DNA of 64,000 nt from Octopus vulgaris (lineage: Eukaryota), in the NCBI GenBank assembly GCA_951406725.2, contig OX597832.1, positions 40,238,001 to 40,302,000 of the forward strand. Direction: 5' to 3'. The translations under genes and the position numbers were made by a program. A model generated the notes under the pieces. It was not told the DNA's origin. It was given only the letters and a program-made list of their open reading frames with translations, and did not search any database. This document shows positions 1 to 12,978 of the stretch, piece after piece. Numbering within the stretch: the first letter of the stretch is position 1; each line of letters opens with the position of its first letter.

Positions 1-12
1 TATATATATATA

Positions 13-401
13 TACTCTTTACTCTTTTACTTGTTTCAGTCATTTGACTGCGGCCATGCTGGAGCACTGCCTTTAGTCGAGCAACTCGACCCCGGGACTT
101 ATTCTTTTTGTAAGCCCAGTACTTATTCTATCGGTCTCTTTTTGCCGAACCGCTAAGTGATGGGGACGTAAACACACCAGCATCGGTTGTCAAGCAATGC
201 TAGGGGGACAAACACAGACACACACACATACATATATACGACAGGCTTCTTTCAGTTTCCGTCTACCAAATCTACTCACAAGGCATTGGTTGGCCCGGGG
301 CTATAGCAGAAGACACTTGCCCAAGATGCCACGCAGTGGGACTGAACCCGGAACCATGTGGTTGGTTAGCAAGCTGCTTACCACACAGCGACACTCCTGC
401 G

Positions 402-403
<2 letters not shown>
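13..403 (-). mobile_element. tRNA-derived SINE family A, full length
   Basis: Head GGCGCAGGAGTG...GGTTCAGTCCCACTGCG (A/B-box-like), tail GCATGGCCGCAGTCAAATGACTGAAACAAG(TAAAAGAG)n; many further copies in the window. Confidence 0.85.
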
Positions 404-444
<41 letters not shown>

Positions 445-1187
445 ATATGTTTGTGTGTCTGTGTTTGCTTCCCAACGGCATGCTTCTGAGGTTCGGTGCC
501 ACTGCATGGCACCTTGTGCTAGTGTCTTCTACTCTAGGTTCAGGTTGACCAAAGCTTTGTGAGTGGATTTGGTGGATGGAAACTGAAAGAAGCCCATCAT
601 GTGTTTGTGTTTGTATGTCTTTGTGTCTATGTTTGTCCCCCCCCCCCACCATCGTTTGACAACTGGTGTTGATGTGTTTATGTCCTTGTAACTTAGTGGT
701 TCAGCAAAAGAGGTTGATAGAATAAGTACCAGGCTTTAATAAATGTACTGGGGTCAATTCATTCAGCTAAAAATTCTTCAAGGCAGTGCCCCAGCATGGC
801 CACAGTCTAGTGACTGAAACAAGTGAAAAATATAGATGAGGAGATGTGGAAAGGAGGTGTACAACTAAGTCATTTCCATATAAGGACATAAACATCATCT
901 TAATTAATCTGCAAATGTGTTCAGCTTGTCCATCGTGTTACGTGAGTCTCTTAAGTAGATCTTTCTTAAAGCAACAGCCTTGAAGTCGTGAAGAGTGGCT
1001 TGAGAAAGTAATGCAATGACATGATTGTTTTAAACAAACACACTGCTTATAACACCATCACCGTCTCCAACGACAACAACAACAAAATTGATAGGTACCT
1101 TATTACATGACTGGGTACCAACCAGAGTCAGTTAGACTTATTAGGTTTCTTGTCTTGTTTTCCTTTTTGTTTTTTAGAGTAATTTAT

Positions 1188-1422
1188 TACCTATTTCTTT
1201 ACTACCCACAAGAAGCTAAACACAGAGAGGACAAACAAGGACAGACATAGGTATTAAGTCGATTACATCGACCCCAGTGCGTAACTGGTACTTTATTTAT
1301 CGAACCCGAAAGGATGAAAGGCAAAGTTGACCTCAGCGGAATTTGAACTCACAATGTAACGGCAGACGAAATACCGCAAAGCATTTCGCCCGGCGTGCTA
1401 ACGTTTCTGCCAGCTCGCCGCC
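1188..1422 (-). mobile_element. tRNA-derived SINE family B
   Basis: Reverse complement of GGCGGCGAGCTGGCAGAAACGTTAGC...GAGTTCAAATTCCGC...GTGGGTAGTAAAGAAATAG. Confidence 0.85.
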
Positions 1423-1895
1423 TTACTATTTATTACTATGACAATGATGATGATGGTGATGATGATGATAGTGGTTGTGGTGGCAGAAATGAAGAGATCA
1501 GCTATGTTGTCGTTCTTATGCTGACTCCCACACACACACACACACTACTATTACCACTGCTACTAGCACCAGTCCAAATTCTGTGAAAGACCTTTATTCA
1601 AAAGTTCCAACTAATAAAAACATGCTGGGATGAAATGGTGTCCTGCCTTTGAGACACAAGGAACAGCATTTCAGGTTGGATATAAACAGATGGATTATGA
1701 CAACCACTGACTTATGATGTACAAATACCAGGTGATTTACTCTCACTGCGTGGTACCTTGGGCAAGTGTCTTCTACTATAGCCTCAGACTGACCAAAGCC
1801 TTGTGAGTGGGTTTGGTAGACGGAAACTGAAAGAAGCCCATTATATATATATATATATATATATATACTTTATTTTAAGCAGCAGAAAATTCAAC

Positions 1896-1943
1896 AAAAT
1901 CTGTTACTCTGAGTTTCTCGTTGCCGTTCATCAGACAGTTTTT
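1896..1943 (-). ncRNA. Minimal type I hammerhead ribozyme motif (left arm of palindrome)
   Basis: Reverse complement gives CTGT-CTGATGA-acggcaacga-GAAA-CTCAGAG-TA-ACAG. Confidence 0.62.
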
Positions 1944-1949
1944 GCTAGC

Positions 1950-1997
1950 AAAAACTGTCTGATGAACGGCAACGAGAAACTCAAAGTAACAGATTTT
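1950..1997 (+). ncRNA. Minimal type I hammerhead ribozyme motif (right arm of palindrome)
   Basis: CTGT-CTGATGA-aCG gcaa CGa-GAAA-CTcaaAG-TA-ACAG; canonical core, very short stem II. Confidence 0.62.
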
Positions 1998-3534
1998 GTT
2001 GAATTTTCTGCTGCTTAAAATAAAGCATATTACTCTACCACTGGTATTTGAGTACTCTTTTTTCCACCTTGTTTCACATTTATGTGTTTACTCCGGTATA
2101 TATATATATATATATATGTATGCTTATGTATGAGTCTTTGTGTCTGTGTTTGTCCACCACCCCCACCATCACCTGTTAGCTGGTGTTGGTGTGTTTATGT
2201 CCCCATAACTTAGCAGTTCAGGAAAAGAGATCGATAGAATAAGTACCAGGCTTACAAAGAATAAGTCCTGAGGTTGATTACTTCAACTTAAAGGTGGTGC
2301 TCCAGCATGACCACGGTCAAAATGACAAACAAGTAAAAGAATAAAAGAATAAGAGATTGTAAGGGTCATATAATCTAATTGGACCTAATTCAAGGTTTTA
2401 GTTTGTTGTGTCAAGAATTTAGTGATTACAAGATCAATTGGTTTCAGTATTAGTTTGGTATTTACCTTATCATTGGATCTGTCACACACACACACACACA
2501 CATTTATTACCTGTTAAGCTGAACACATCAGATAAGATTTCCCTGCTTTGAAGTGGTCTAAATCAACACCTTCCATTAAAATTTCATGTCAGTTTGTGTT
2601 TCAAAGACCAGCTTATGCAGAGTTATTTTTTTTACTAAATCCTTAATTAATTTCAGAATTAACCCAAATGCAGTGTATTTCAACAGAAATATGGTAACAA
2701 AAGGGTTAATTTCGAATTTTCATTTTTTTTTTTTTTTTTTTTGCAAATCAGAATTTAGGATATATAACTTTATTGTATTTTTCCTCATTAACCTCTCAGA
2801 AGCTGTGGGTGAGAAATGTAGGAGTTTTCTATTTATTTATTCCATGCCATTCTTTAAAAAAAAAAAAAAATTCTCTTGTGTTATTTAATCCTTCTACTTT
2901 TAACTAATTGAGCGAGGAAGAATTTGCACAAATTTACATATGGTTTGGCCCTTGGATGTAAAAATGTTTAACGCTCCATGTGTGCACGTGATTTGTGTTT
3001 TGTGAGAGCTGCGTATGTTTTATGGCTTCCGAATGCATTTTACTACAATATGATATTTGCTTCCTTTACTTTGTTTTCCTCTGTTCCATGTTTCTGATTC
3101 ACCACCAGCCCCACCATCCCCTTAGACGCTTCTTCAACACTCTATGGTTCCCTACATTGATTTTGATTAAAACTTTCTCCCTTATCCTTACATCTAATCA
3201 GTTACTGCTAAGTTAAGGAGCCAACAACTGCAGCGGCGGCAGCAGCAGCAGAAGCGGTAAATAGGACATTAGTCATTGGAAGGGAACAGCAGTTTGGTTC
3301 CTTATTTAATGTTCAGATATTCAAACAAGGTTTCAGAAAAGAAAAAAGGCTGCAGTAAAGAGGAGGAGGAGGTGGGGGGTACCTTTTCCCCCCATTTAAC
3401 AGCCCCCCACCCCCCAAATCGAAACTACTTCGGAGATGTTCTTGATGTTGGAATTAACCTAATAAAACAGTTTTAAGCTATGAAATTTAATTTTTCTCAG
3501 GATTTCGTTGAATTTCTTTCCCCACTCCTACTTG

Positions 3535-3772
3535 CGTGTGTGTGTGTGTGCATGTGTGTATGTGTGTGTATGTGTGCATGTGTGTGTATGCATGTGTGAG
3601 TATGCATGTGTATGTGTGTGTGCATGTGTGTGTATGCATGTGTGTGTGCATGCATGTGTGTGTGCATGTGTGTGTGTGTGTGTATGTGTGTGTGTGCATG
3701 TGTGTGCGTGCACACGCATGTGTGTGCGTGCACACGCATGTGTGTGTGTGTGTGCGTCCATGTGTGTGTGTG
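3535..3772. repeat. (TG)n/(TGCA) microsatellite
   Basis: Direct inspection; another at 4360-4500. Confidence 0.97.
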
Positions 3773-4356
3773 GTTTCTTCACTGTTTCTCCTTCACATGC
3801 TCCCTTTGAAGGGTTCACTCCCATTCATTAATTTCTGCAAAGGAATTGATTAAAGAGAAACAAAGGGGGTTTATACTCTCTGCTCTGTTCTACCCTGTTA
3901 AATAATTATTGATCTTGCCACAAACTAACCCCTCCGTGCCGCCTCCCGTCTTCTCGCAGCATCCACTGACAGCTGTTGGTTCTCCCCTCATAACCTGCAG
4001 AGGGAGCACAGCATAGCACAACACAAGCCTCTCTTGCTTTTTTCAGTCTTCAATTTCATTTTCACCCGTGCAGAGCTTCATCACTTTTGGAAACCCTTCA
4101 CGTAACACCAACAGTGGATAATTCATCCACAACAGTATCTTCCTCTTTCTCTCTCTCTCTTTCTGAGCTATTGTTGGTAGTAGTGTTTATGCTGTACTTA
4201 ACCACTTCTGCATTAGTCTAACATCCTGTACAGTTTTTATTATAAACACTAAATTCAAACTCTCCCTCGCCACCACCGCTACCACATTCCCAGATTTTAA
4301 AAATATTTTTTGAATATTTTCAGTGTGATTATTTACAAGCTATTTTGTTATGTGAA

Positions 4357-4414
<58 letters not shown>

Positions 4415-5747
4415 GGGGGGAGAGAGAGAGAGAACATGTGTTTATGTGAATGTGCATGTCTGTATGTGAGCTTATGTGTGTGTGTGTGTGTGTGTGCATG
4501 CATGTGAATGTATGTATGTGCATGTAAGCCTCTGTGTGTGTATGCATATGTTTGTGGTTGATGTGTAAGCATGTATGTTTGCAAATTTATGAACATCTAT
4601 GTCTCTGATTGGGGGGGGGGGAAAGATAACCAGTATTTTGTGAGTGAATTTGGAAGAGGGAAACTATGTGGAAGCTCATCATATCGTGTTTGTCTTTGTC
4701 CCCCCACGACCACCACCACCACTGCTTGACAACCAGTGTTAGTTTGTTTACATTCCTGTAACTTAACAGTTCAGCAAAAGAGGATGATAGAATAAGTTTC
4801 AGGCTTAAAAACAAGCACTGGGGTCAATTTGTTTGACTTAAACCCTTCGAAGCAGTACTCCAGCATGGTCACAGTCCAATGATTGGAACAAATATAATGC
4901 AAATGGTCTTCACCCTCACTTGCAGTATTCATTCCAGCTCCCTAATCTTTTGGAGTTCAAATCCTGCTGAGCTCTGCTTCTCCTTTCATTCTTTCAGGAT
5001 TGATAAAAAGGGACCAATCCATGGTTGTTGCAAGTTACTGGTTTGCAAAAATCACAGGGACCAAATTAGTGAATTGGTTAGACAGGCAGCAGTTGACAAA
5101 AGCAATCATCAATGCAGGGCAACTGGGTCAAAATCTAAAACATTTGGCAAAAAGCTAGCAGCAGAAAGAAATAGAGAGGTTGCTCCACAATAACCTCCGC
5201 TTTGTGCAATTCATCACAGAGTGGATTGGGAACGAAGCTGGCTTCACTGGGACCCTGGTCAATTTGGAAGCCATTCCAAAAGCCATCTCAGACAGATTTT
5301 AGGTGGTTGCTTCGTTCATTCGAGGGCACTACAACACTTGCTCGGTGGTCAAAGTAAATAGTCAGCTTCCAGAACTATTCCACGTCATATGTCCCATCCC
5401 ACTAAGTTACCCTCTTCTCACTTCTTCTGTACATTGCTGGTTCTTGAGTCGTTACTGAAGACCATGGAACTTTTCAACTGGGTGAACCAAGAGGGCTTTT
5501 GAAGTGGAGACAATCAGCACCATTCTAAAGAAATAGGAGCCAAGGGTTATGGCTATGATCTACCTAACCAAGTTGGTGGGCTTGCATCCCTTGTATCCTC
5601 ATCATCAGCTACCCCAGTGGCAATTAAAGGGATCATTATCATCAACGTTTAATTCAATGTTTTCAATAGTCTCAGGTGATGTTTTGTCTCTATGCTGCGG
5701 GTTTTGTTTTGTAAGAATTTTTTTTTTCTGGTGTTATTGTGTCAAAA

Positions 5748-5980
5748 GGCGGTGAGCTGGCAGAAGCGTTAACACACCGGGTGAAATGCTTAGCGGTATT
5801 TCGTCTGTCTTCACGTTCTGAGTTCAAATTCTGCCGAGGTCAACTTTACCTTTCATCCTTTCGGGGTCGATTAAATAAGTACCAGTTACGCACTGGGGTT
5901 GATATAATCAACTCAATCCTTTTGTCTGTCCTTGTTTGTCGCTTCTGTGTTTAGCCCCTTGTGGGTAGTAAAGAAATAGG
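5748..5980 (+). mobile_element. tRNA-derived SINE family B
   Basis: A box TGGCAGAAGCGTTAAC, B box GTTCAAATTC; homologous to 56151-56381. Confidence 0.85.
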
Positions 5981-6401
5981 TATGTTGTGTCAGCTTGTAA
6001 TATAGAACGTTTGCTGTGTGAGCTGAACACTTTTTTTTGTTGTTGTTTTTCTATCATTAGGTGATACTTTTTACATATTTATTGTGAATTGTGTTTTAGT
6101 TATCCATTAGGTGACGATTGTGTAGAATGTGTGGTGTTGGTCGTGGTGTAGAACTGTGGTGCATAAACGTTGCTTTAACCAAGGAGTTGAATCTTTCACA
6201 TTTACTGTGCTCCATTCTTGGCAATTCAAGACTGTTAATTATCTTCTTCAGACCTTTCATTAAGTAACTTTTTTGTAGAACTAGTAGAGTGAAATGTGGT
6301 GGAATAAAACGTGACAGTGATGAGGGGGCCTCCCCCCCCCCCACACACACACACATACAACACGCAAGCACGCGCGCACGCACACTGAATTTTGACGAAA
6401 G

Positions 6402-6409
6402 TGACGTCA
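6402..6409. promoter_or_regulatory. Full CRE palindrome TGACGTCA
   Basis: Motif match within a CpG-retaining stretch upstream of the PAK CRIB exon. Confidence 0.3.
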
Positions 6410-9389
6410 ATTAAAATTAAACTAACAGTAAATGGTTTAAAAAAATAAAAGTGTCTTCAACACTGCTCGGTTTAATAAGTTAACTAAACGATAGTGTTGA
6501 GAAATGAAAACAGTCATCTGCAATAATTACCTAATCTATAATAATGGGCTATTTTTAAACATTCGTTTGAGTCATTTTAGGTTACACAAGTTATTTTTGT
6601 ACTTTCCCTTCATTATTGTTAGTTTCATTTTAATTGACGCCGCTTTAGTTAATGATTACCTTACGTGTGTGTGTGTGTTTATTTAGTTTTATTTCGATGT
6701 TACCGTCACGTCTCTTCACAAACTAACCATTGCTGTTCGTCTTCTTTTTCTTTTTCGAAGCTGTTTCTGATGCCTGGGGATTCCATATCTGTTCTGCTAT
6801 TACCTCTGTGGAAGGAGATAAAATCTATTTTTTGTCATTATCTTATTTATTTATTCTTGGTTTCTCATTTTTCCCGTTGTCATTGTCATTTAATATTTTT
6901 AGAATGTGTATGGGTGGGCGGCTTAATTATTTCATCAGAAAACAATGAGTTAAAAGTTTATCTGCCTCATCTATAAAGACATCATGGTTTGCTTCTATAC
7001 ATATACACACACCAACAGTCAAAACTCCCTCGAATCACACAGCTACCGACTTACACCAGGAAATGAGACATTACACCATGCAGTCTGTCATAATACGGCA
7101 TGGTCACATATGGAATGTCTCTTCTGTCAGAGTGAACGACCTGAGCTAAGAAAAAAAAAATACGATAGAGGTGTTCGTGGTGTTTTAGACATGACATATG
7201 TCTCAGTAATAGTAATAATGTGTGTGCTGAATAAATAGTCGAATATAAATTGTGTTTGAATAGTTGTTGTTGTTCATGTTAGATAAAGACCAATTACTTC
7301 CCGGTCTCGGTCCCTTTTAATCCCCGCGCTCTCTCATCAAATATGGTAGTGAGGAAATACGTCGGTACTGTTCTGACTACTAGGGGACATTGCTGGTCAA
7401 TTTACATCGACTTTAGTTCTCAACTGGTACTTATTTTATCGACCCCCGAAAGGATGAAAGGACATGGTCGACTGGCGGAAATTGAACTCAGAACGTAAAG
7501 CCGGAAGAAATGCCATTAAGCATTTTATTCGATGCGCTAACGATCCTACGAACTCGAATGATAAGTTACAAAACTTGTATTAAGAAAAGTTCCCTCTTTT
7601 AGTATTTTAAATCAAAATCGGACAAGGGAGATAACCCTCGTAAAATCAGTTGATAGAAATTTGTTTTAAACACTACAAAATTTAAGGACATCTAAAGCCA
7701 GTTCGACCTCTTTCAGTCTTATTAGACCTCATTTAAGAAACATAATTTCAACAATATAGATAAAGGAGAAAGTTCCTTAGCTGCGTGTTCTACACGCTGA
7801 GTACAAATATAGTTTTAAACATAAGTTTAATGGATTTAGTTATCTGCCTTATTAGCTGTAATGAATTGGTTTGCATTTACAGTTATGGTCCATTCCACGG
7901 GCTTCCAAACAGATACCATTTATTCAAATTCACCCGTAATGCTTTGATCGACACACGATAATCGTACAGGATATATGCTTAATATTCCAGACAATGAGAT
8001 AGAATCTGGGACCTCATAATTGCGAAACAAACTTCTTCTCAGCCATATATTATCTATATATGCGTGTACATTACATGTCTTATGTTTTAAGGGACCAATG
8101 GTTTTAACGCAGTAATCTACAACGTAGTCCAACTGAACCATCAAAAACCCCTATCAATGTTTTGATGATCTACAGCAAATTTCTTAAGTCTGTGGAAGTC
8201 GCGAATTTTTCACAAAACAATTTAAAATTTAAATCAATTAAGAGTAAATTGACATGTATCTTTTATCGCTTCCGTCTTAACACTGCAGCCATGCTGGAGC
8301 ACTGCCTTTAAGAACTTTTGTCGAACTTATCGACCCCCAGTACTATTTTTGTAAAGCTTGTTACTTATTCTATCTGTCTCTTATACCGAATCGCTAAGTT
8401 ATGGGGACATAAACACTCATGCACTCAATGTGTGTCTTATACAATGCATAAATAAATTTCTTAATTTTAAATATTTACACCGTTTTGTTCCATTAAGTTT
8501 TTCTAATGAGTTTTGCAGATTATCTGCTGAAAACAGTTGTGTATCACTGGTTTAGAGTTTATGTTCGGCACTTCTGAACAAAGAATGTTTCACCCTTAAT
8601 TTAGCATTGTTAACGGCACAGAACATCGAAAAGTTCATTAAATATAATGATAATGGTTCTACAAAATGCTATCGGTCAGTATTTTTTGCAGTTCTTGTGT
8701 CCGGAAATATATTTAGAACTTTGCTGAGCTGAACAGAGGAATTAGATAGGTTACAGGAAACCAAACAGGAATGTTGGCGATGGACTGAATTGCTTGAAGC
8801 CAGCCATCTCTGCCTGTAAAGTGCAAAAAATAGCATATCTTCAGATGACTACGGATATACATTCTGACCTATTGACACATCTTTCACCTTCTGTTCTTCT
8901 CCCTCATTTCTCTACTATTTTCACAGCCATTAACCCACATCTCTTCCTCAGTTCTTTCTTAGACCCGGTTTGCTCCGACCAATTCCCGTGTGTCGTCATT
9001 TGTCGGTAGACTTTGTTACCGCCACCCGTTATCAACCTATCTATTTTGGGCTTGTCTGATATTTTGTTTTGTTGGTCTAATGTTTACATCTGTCATTATC
9101 AGATGATATAGTAAGTTACCTTGTTGTGATAAGAAACCTATATTGAAAGCTAATCCTAACTGGCTGATTCGACATTAAGTATTTCTTTTGGCTCTCGTCT
9201 TATGGATCTCTTCCAGGACTTCTTTGCAGTCAATCTCCTTTGTTTCAGATTCCCTATAAATAGTAAATTTGTTTCCTACTTGAGTATATAATCATCATAT
9301 TGCCTTTATATCTCGTTATTTTGTTATATGTTTAATGGCTATTTGAGATCATTATATTCATATATGTGTATACACTTTTTATTTTTCAG

Positions 9390-9499
9390 GCAACAAGATA
9401 GCCAAAATCAAGGAAAATGAAAAACCAGTTATATCACACCCCTCGAACTTCGAGCACACCGTTCATGTCGGCTTCGACCCTCACACAGGAGAATTTACT
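9390..9499 (+). CDS. PAK1: Group I PAK kinase, CRIB/PBD exon (first securely identified coding exon; needs an upstream phase-1 exon)
   Basis: ttttcag|G...ACT|gtatgt; translates [36 protein letters not shown] (CRIB motif). Confidence 0.95.
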
Positions 9500-9644
9500 G
9501 TATGTACTTTATATACGCACACACGTTTAAACACGATTATCGCTGATTATCAATCATATACATAACACTAGTTTGAATTTGAAAGCAAAATATAAACCCT
9601 GCTCTTTCATGATACGTTGTTTTGACCTTTTTAAATGTCCCTCT

Positions 9645-9877
9645 GGCGATCCTTCGGTATAGGTACCGGGAATGGCTTTGTTTATATTTCTGAGGATAAC
9701 AGAAACCTTTTTCTCTCACCCCTAATACAAACCCTAACCCCCCATATATATATATATATATGTTTGTTTGTACTCCACCTGCCTTCGTCTTATGTTTATT
9801 TTCGTAAGCTTCCCGTTATATATATATATATAAACCCTTTCTTGAAATGTATCCGGTACCTATACCGAAGTTATGCC
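9645..9877. mobile_element. MITE with GG termini and 9-bp TSD (Merlin- or MULE-like)
   Basis: TIR core CTTCGGTATAGGTACCGG / CCGGTACCTATACCGAAG; TSD TGTCCCTCT at 9636-9644 and 9878-9886. Confidence 0.85.
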
Positions 9878-11482
9878 TGTCCCTCTTAATAAAGTGCTGG
9901 AATAGCTGTCCTCCAAAACCCTTTACCTCATGGGGAAAGTATATGGAAATAGGAGACGAATCTTTTTTTATTATTGAAATTTTACCCTTTTCCTTCCCCA
10001 TAAGGTATGGAAATTCGAAGGACAATCTATTTCAAAGCTCCAACAGAGAGCCTTAAATAATGTAATCGTATGATGTAAAAGCAGACCGTTATAAATGTTC
10101 CTCTTTTATTTGACATGTATATTCAGTCCTGGGCCCAAAGAGTGGGAAATTTCAAACTTAACCTTGTTTGGTATTTTATTTTGTCGCCACTGATATCATC
10201 CTCAACTCGTCCTTATTAATTAGCAAACAAATTTTTTAAAATCTCCCTGAACGAGATTCTTGTTTCAAACATGATTCAATTTCTAGATGTCATCACTGTG
10301 CCAGGTTCATGCGGAAGTCTCTTTATTTACACATATCTTTGAAAGATACATGTGAATTTACGAATGTGTGGAGGATAAATATAATATGCGTACGCGCGTG
10401 TATAGACGTACATACATATAATATAATGAAATTATTGTATACAGTGCTCAGGTGCCCCACAACATATACATACACTCAGCACATTTTTGCTTTGGATTTT
10501 CCCTTTATCTAACAAGAGGCACCGTTTACTCATAACCTTTTAATTATACATATCCTCTGTCACTCAGTTCCCGTTTTCGGGACACATGTCGTGTATTTTA
10601 CAAAATGTTTTACTTTCACTAATTGATAGCAAAGAGTTTGGGGGGAATTTATGAAAATGTATTCAGTTCTCTGTTACTGGAGTGGACAACGTATTTTCTA
10701 TATTGTACACGTTGCTAAGGACTTCTTAGGTAGATATAGGACTGAGTGGGAGTGAAGTATAACAGAAAGGTTTGGTTAATATTGTAACTATAGTTTTCAT
10801 CGCACGTTTAATGTCAGTAAATGTTGGAAAAAGAATTTATAAGAATTTCCATTTTACGATTTTTCGTACATAATCGCTAGAGACTGAGAATTTCTTGACA
10901 AGGGAGATAATATTTGCCTGGCGCAGTGGTTCACGCAAGCAAAATGGTATCTTGGGGGGGGGGGGGTCCACAGTAGTTTTTTTTTTTTTTTAAGGGTTCA
11001 TGAATGTGTGAAAAACAAAATACAAACTTTGAAAGAAATATCTGTAAAACTAGTTCTTAAATATCCAATGGCGATGGGGTCCACCCAGGTAAAATAGTAA
11101 TCAGAGGGGTCCATAGGTAAAATATAAAATAATAATAATAATGAAATTATTGTATACAGTGCTCAGGTGCCCCACAACTTGTCAGAAGTGCGTATAAAGC
11201 ATATGCAGTAATGTACAAATGTCTGGGAAGTGAACAGTGTATGAGTCAGATACATGCTTGCGTGTGTATGGAGGGGAGAAAATCAGGTGTAGTGTTGGCG
11301 AATCTCAGGAAGCATGGAAGTTTTTAAGTTTAGTTGAAAACCACTAGAGATAGTGTCTTTTTATACCGTATTAAAATTGAAACTCCCTGAGTAATAAAAG
11401 CACGAAAGTTGATGCTTGAATTAAATTAATTTTTAATAATTGTTATTAATTTGTTGTTGTCTTTTTTTTTTCTTTTGTCTAG

Positions 11483-11645
11483 GGCATGCCAGAATCCTGG
11501 GCGAAGTTATTACAAAACTCCAATATATCTAAACTGGAACAGAAGAAAAACCCACAGGCTGTCCTCGATGTACTTAACTACTACGATAACTCTACAAAAG
11601 AGAAAAAAGAATCCAAATATATGCATATTAAACAGTCGAGTAGTA
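11483..11645 (+). CDS. PAK1: PAK autoinhibitory-domain exon
   Basis: tctag|GGC...A|gtaagt; [35 protein letters not shown]...SKYM; in frame with the previous exon. Confidence 0.95.
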
Positions 11646-12913
11646 GTAAGTATCTAATGTGTGTGGATACATATAGGGGGTACCCCACCCGGAATATATA
11701 ATGGGTAATACATCAGAAACGACTATAGGGAAGTCACTTATTGGATCAAAGGCCCCCCCATTTATCTCATAAGACTATGATGGATCTGCAACTAGAAAGA
11801 CTAGAAAGTTCCTCTGCAAGGTGCAGGTTTTTATGCACACAAGCCTATTCTCTCTCTGTTATTGATGTCATCCAAGGGGAATGGCAGGGTTGGATACGAC
11901 TTGAGATCAGTGTTATCATAAGTATTGTTGTCAGAATGCAAAAAGCCGGAACAAATATTGCAAGGCACCTTGCCTGATCCTTTAACAATTTCACCAATCT
12001 TCCTCCTTTGGCTGGTACATTCACCCCGGAAATATGAACAGCAAATTTCCCCAACGTGAGATTTGAACTCAGAACACATGGAGCTAAAACACATACCACA
12101 AGACATGTTATGCCACATTCTAACAACTCTGCCTTTTTGGGATATCATGTCTTAGATATATATATATATATATATATATATAGATAGATAGATATAGGGA
12201 TATCATATCTTGGATAAACATTGCTGTACAATACCTTGGATACATCATGATACTGAAAATATTGGAGAGCTTGCCTTTATGACTGACTTTTTGGTCAGCC
12301 TGAGGTTATGGCAGAAGTCACTTGCCCAAAGTGTCACACAATGGTGAACTTCTCTCTTTACCTTCTTTATAGTTAGACTCCATAACATTTCTGTGGATGT
12401 TTTGTTCACTAAGGAGAGCGGTTTTGTCACGGTCATCTTTGTATTGTGCATGTTTGGTCACTGAGAGTAAAAACTTTCTAAAGGGGAGGTAGTTCAGTTG
12501 TCTTCTCTTAGCTTCTATCTTTTTTTTTTTCTTTAAGATTTTGTCAAGGGAAGGAAGGTAGTGTCCATGACCCTTTTCAGGACCCATGACTAGTGGAAGG
12601 AAAGGAGGAACTTATCCTCATCCTAGACACTCGAGGTCCTGGTGGTGGTCTTAAACCAAACAATGGAAAATATCTCAGTCCTTGTGGTTCCTAATTGCCC
12701 CTAATTGTCTTTGTAGCCTTCTCTGCCACCTTGATCCATATGGTCCTAGCTACACTGCCCGTGTGGTCTTAGCTGTCCATTCCATCCGTATAGTCCTAAC
12801 TATCCCTGATCCTTGTGGTCCAAGCTGATCCAAAGCTCCAGGGTTGGATTTCTAATCATCCAGTTGTGAACTAAGCATATTTATGATTTTATTTACTTCT
12901 TTTGCATCCTCAG

Positions 12914-12978
12914 GTTCAAGCTCAAGCTCTGTTCGACCAAGCTTCTCAGACAAATTTGGAACCACTCATGTGATATGT
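12914..12978 (+). CDS. PAK1: PAK Ser-rich linker exon
   Basis: cctcag|GT...TGT|gtaagt; phase 1 in and phase 0 out, exactly bridging the neighbouring exons; SSSSSVRPSFSDKFGTTHVIC. Confidence 0.8.

Larger units (their letters stand above)
1868..2025. repeat. 158-bp spacerless palindrome, probable Penelope-like pseudo-LTR remnant
   Basis: 79-bp arms centred on GCTAGC (1944-1949) with one mismatch; flanked by (TA)n inside a SINE. Confidence 0.9.
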
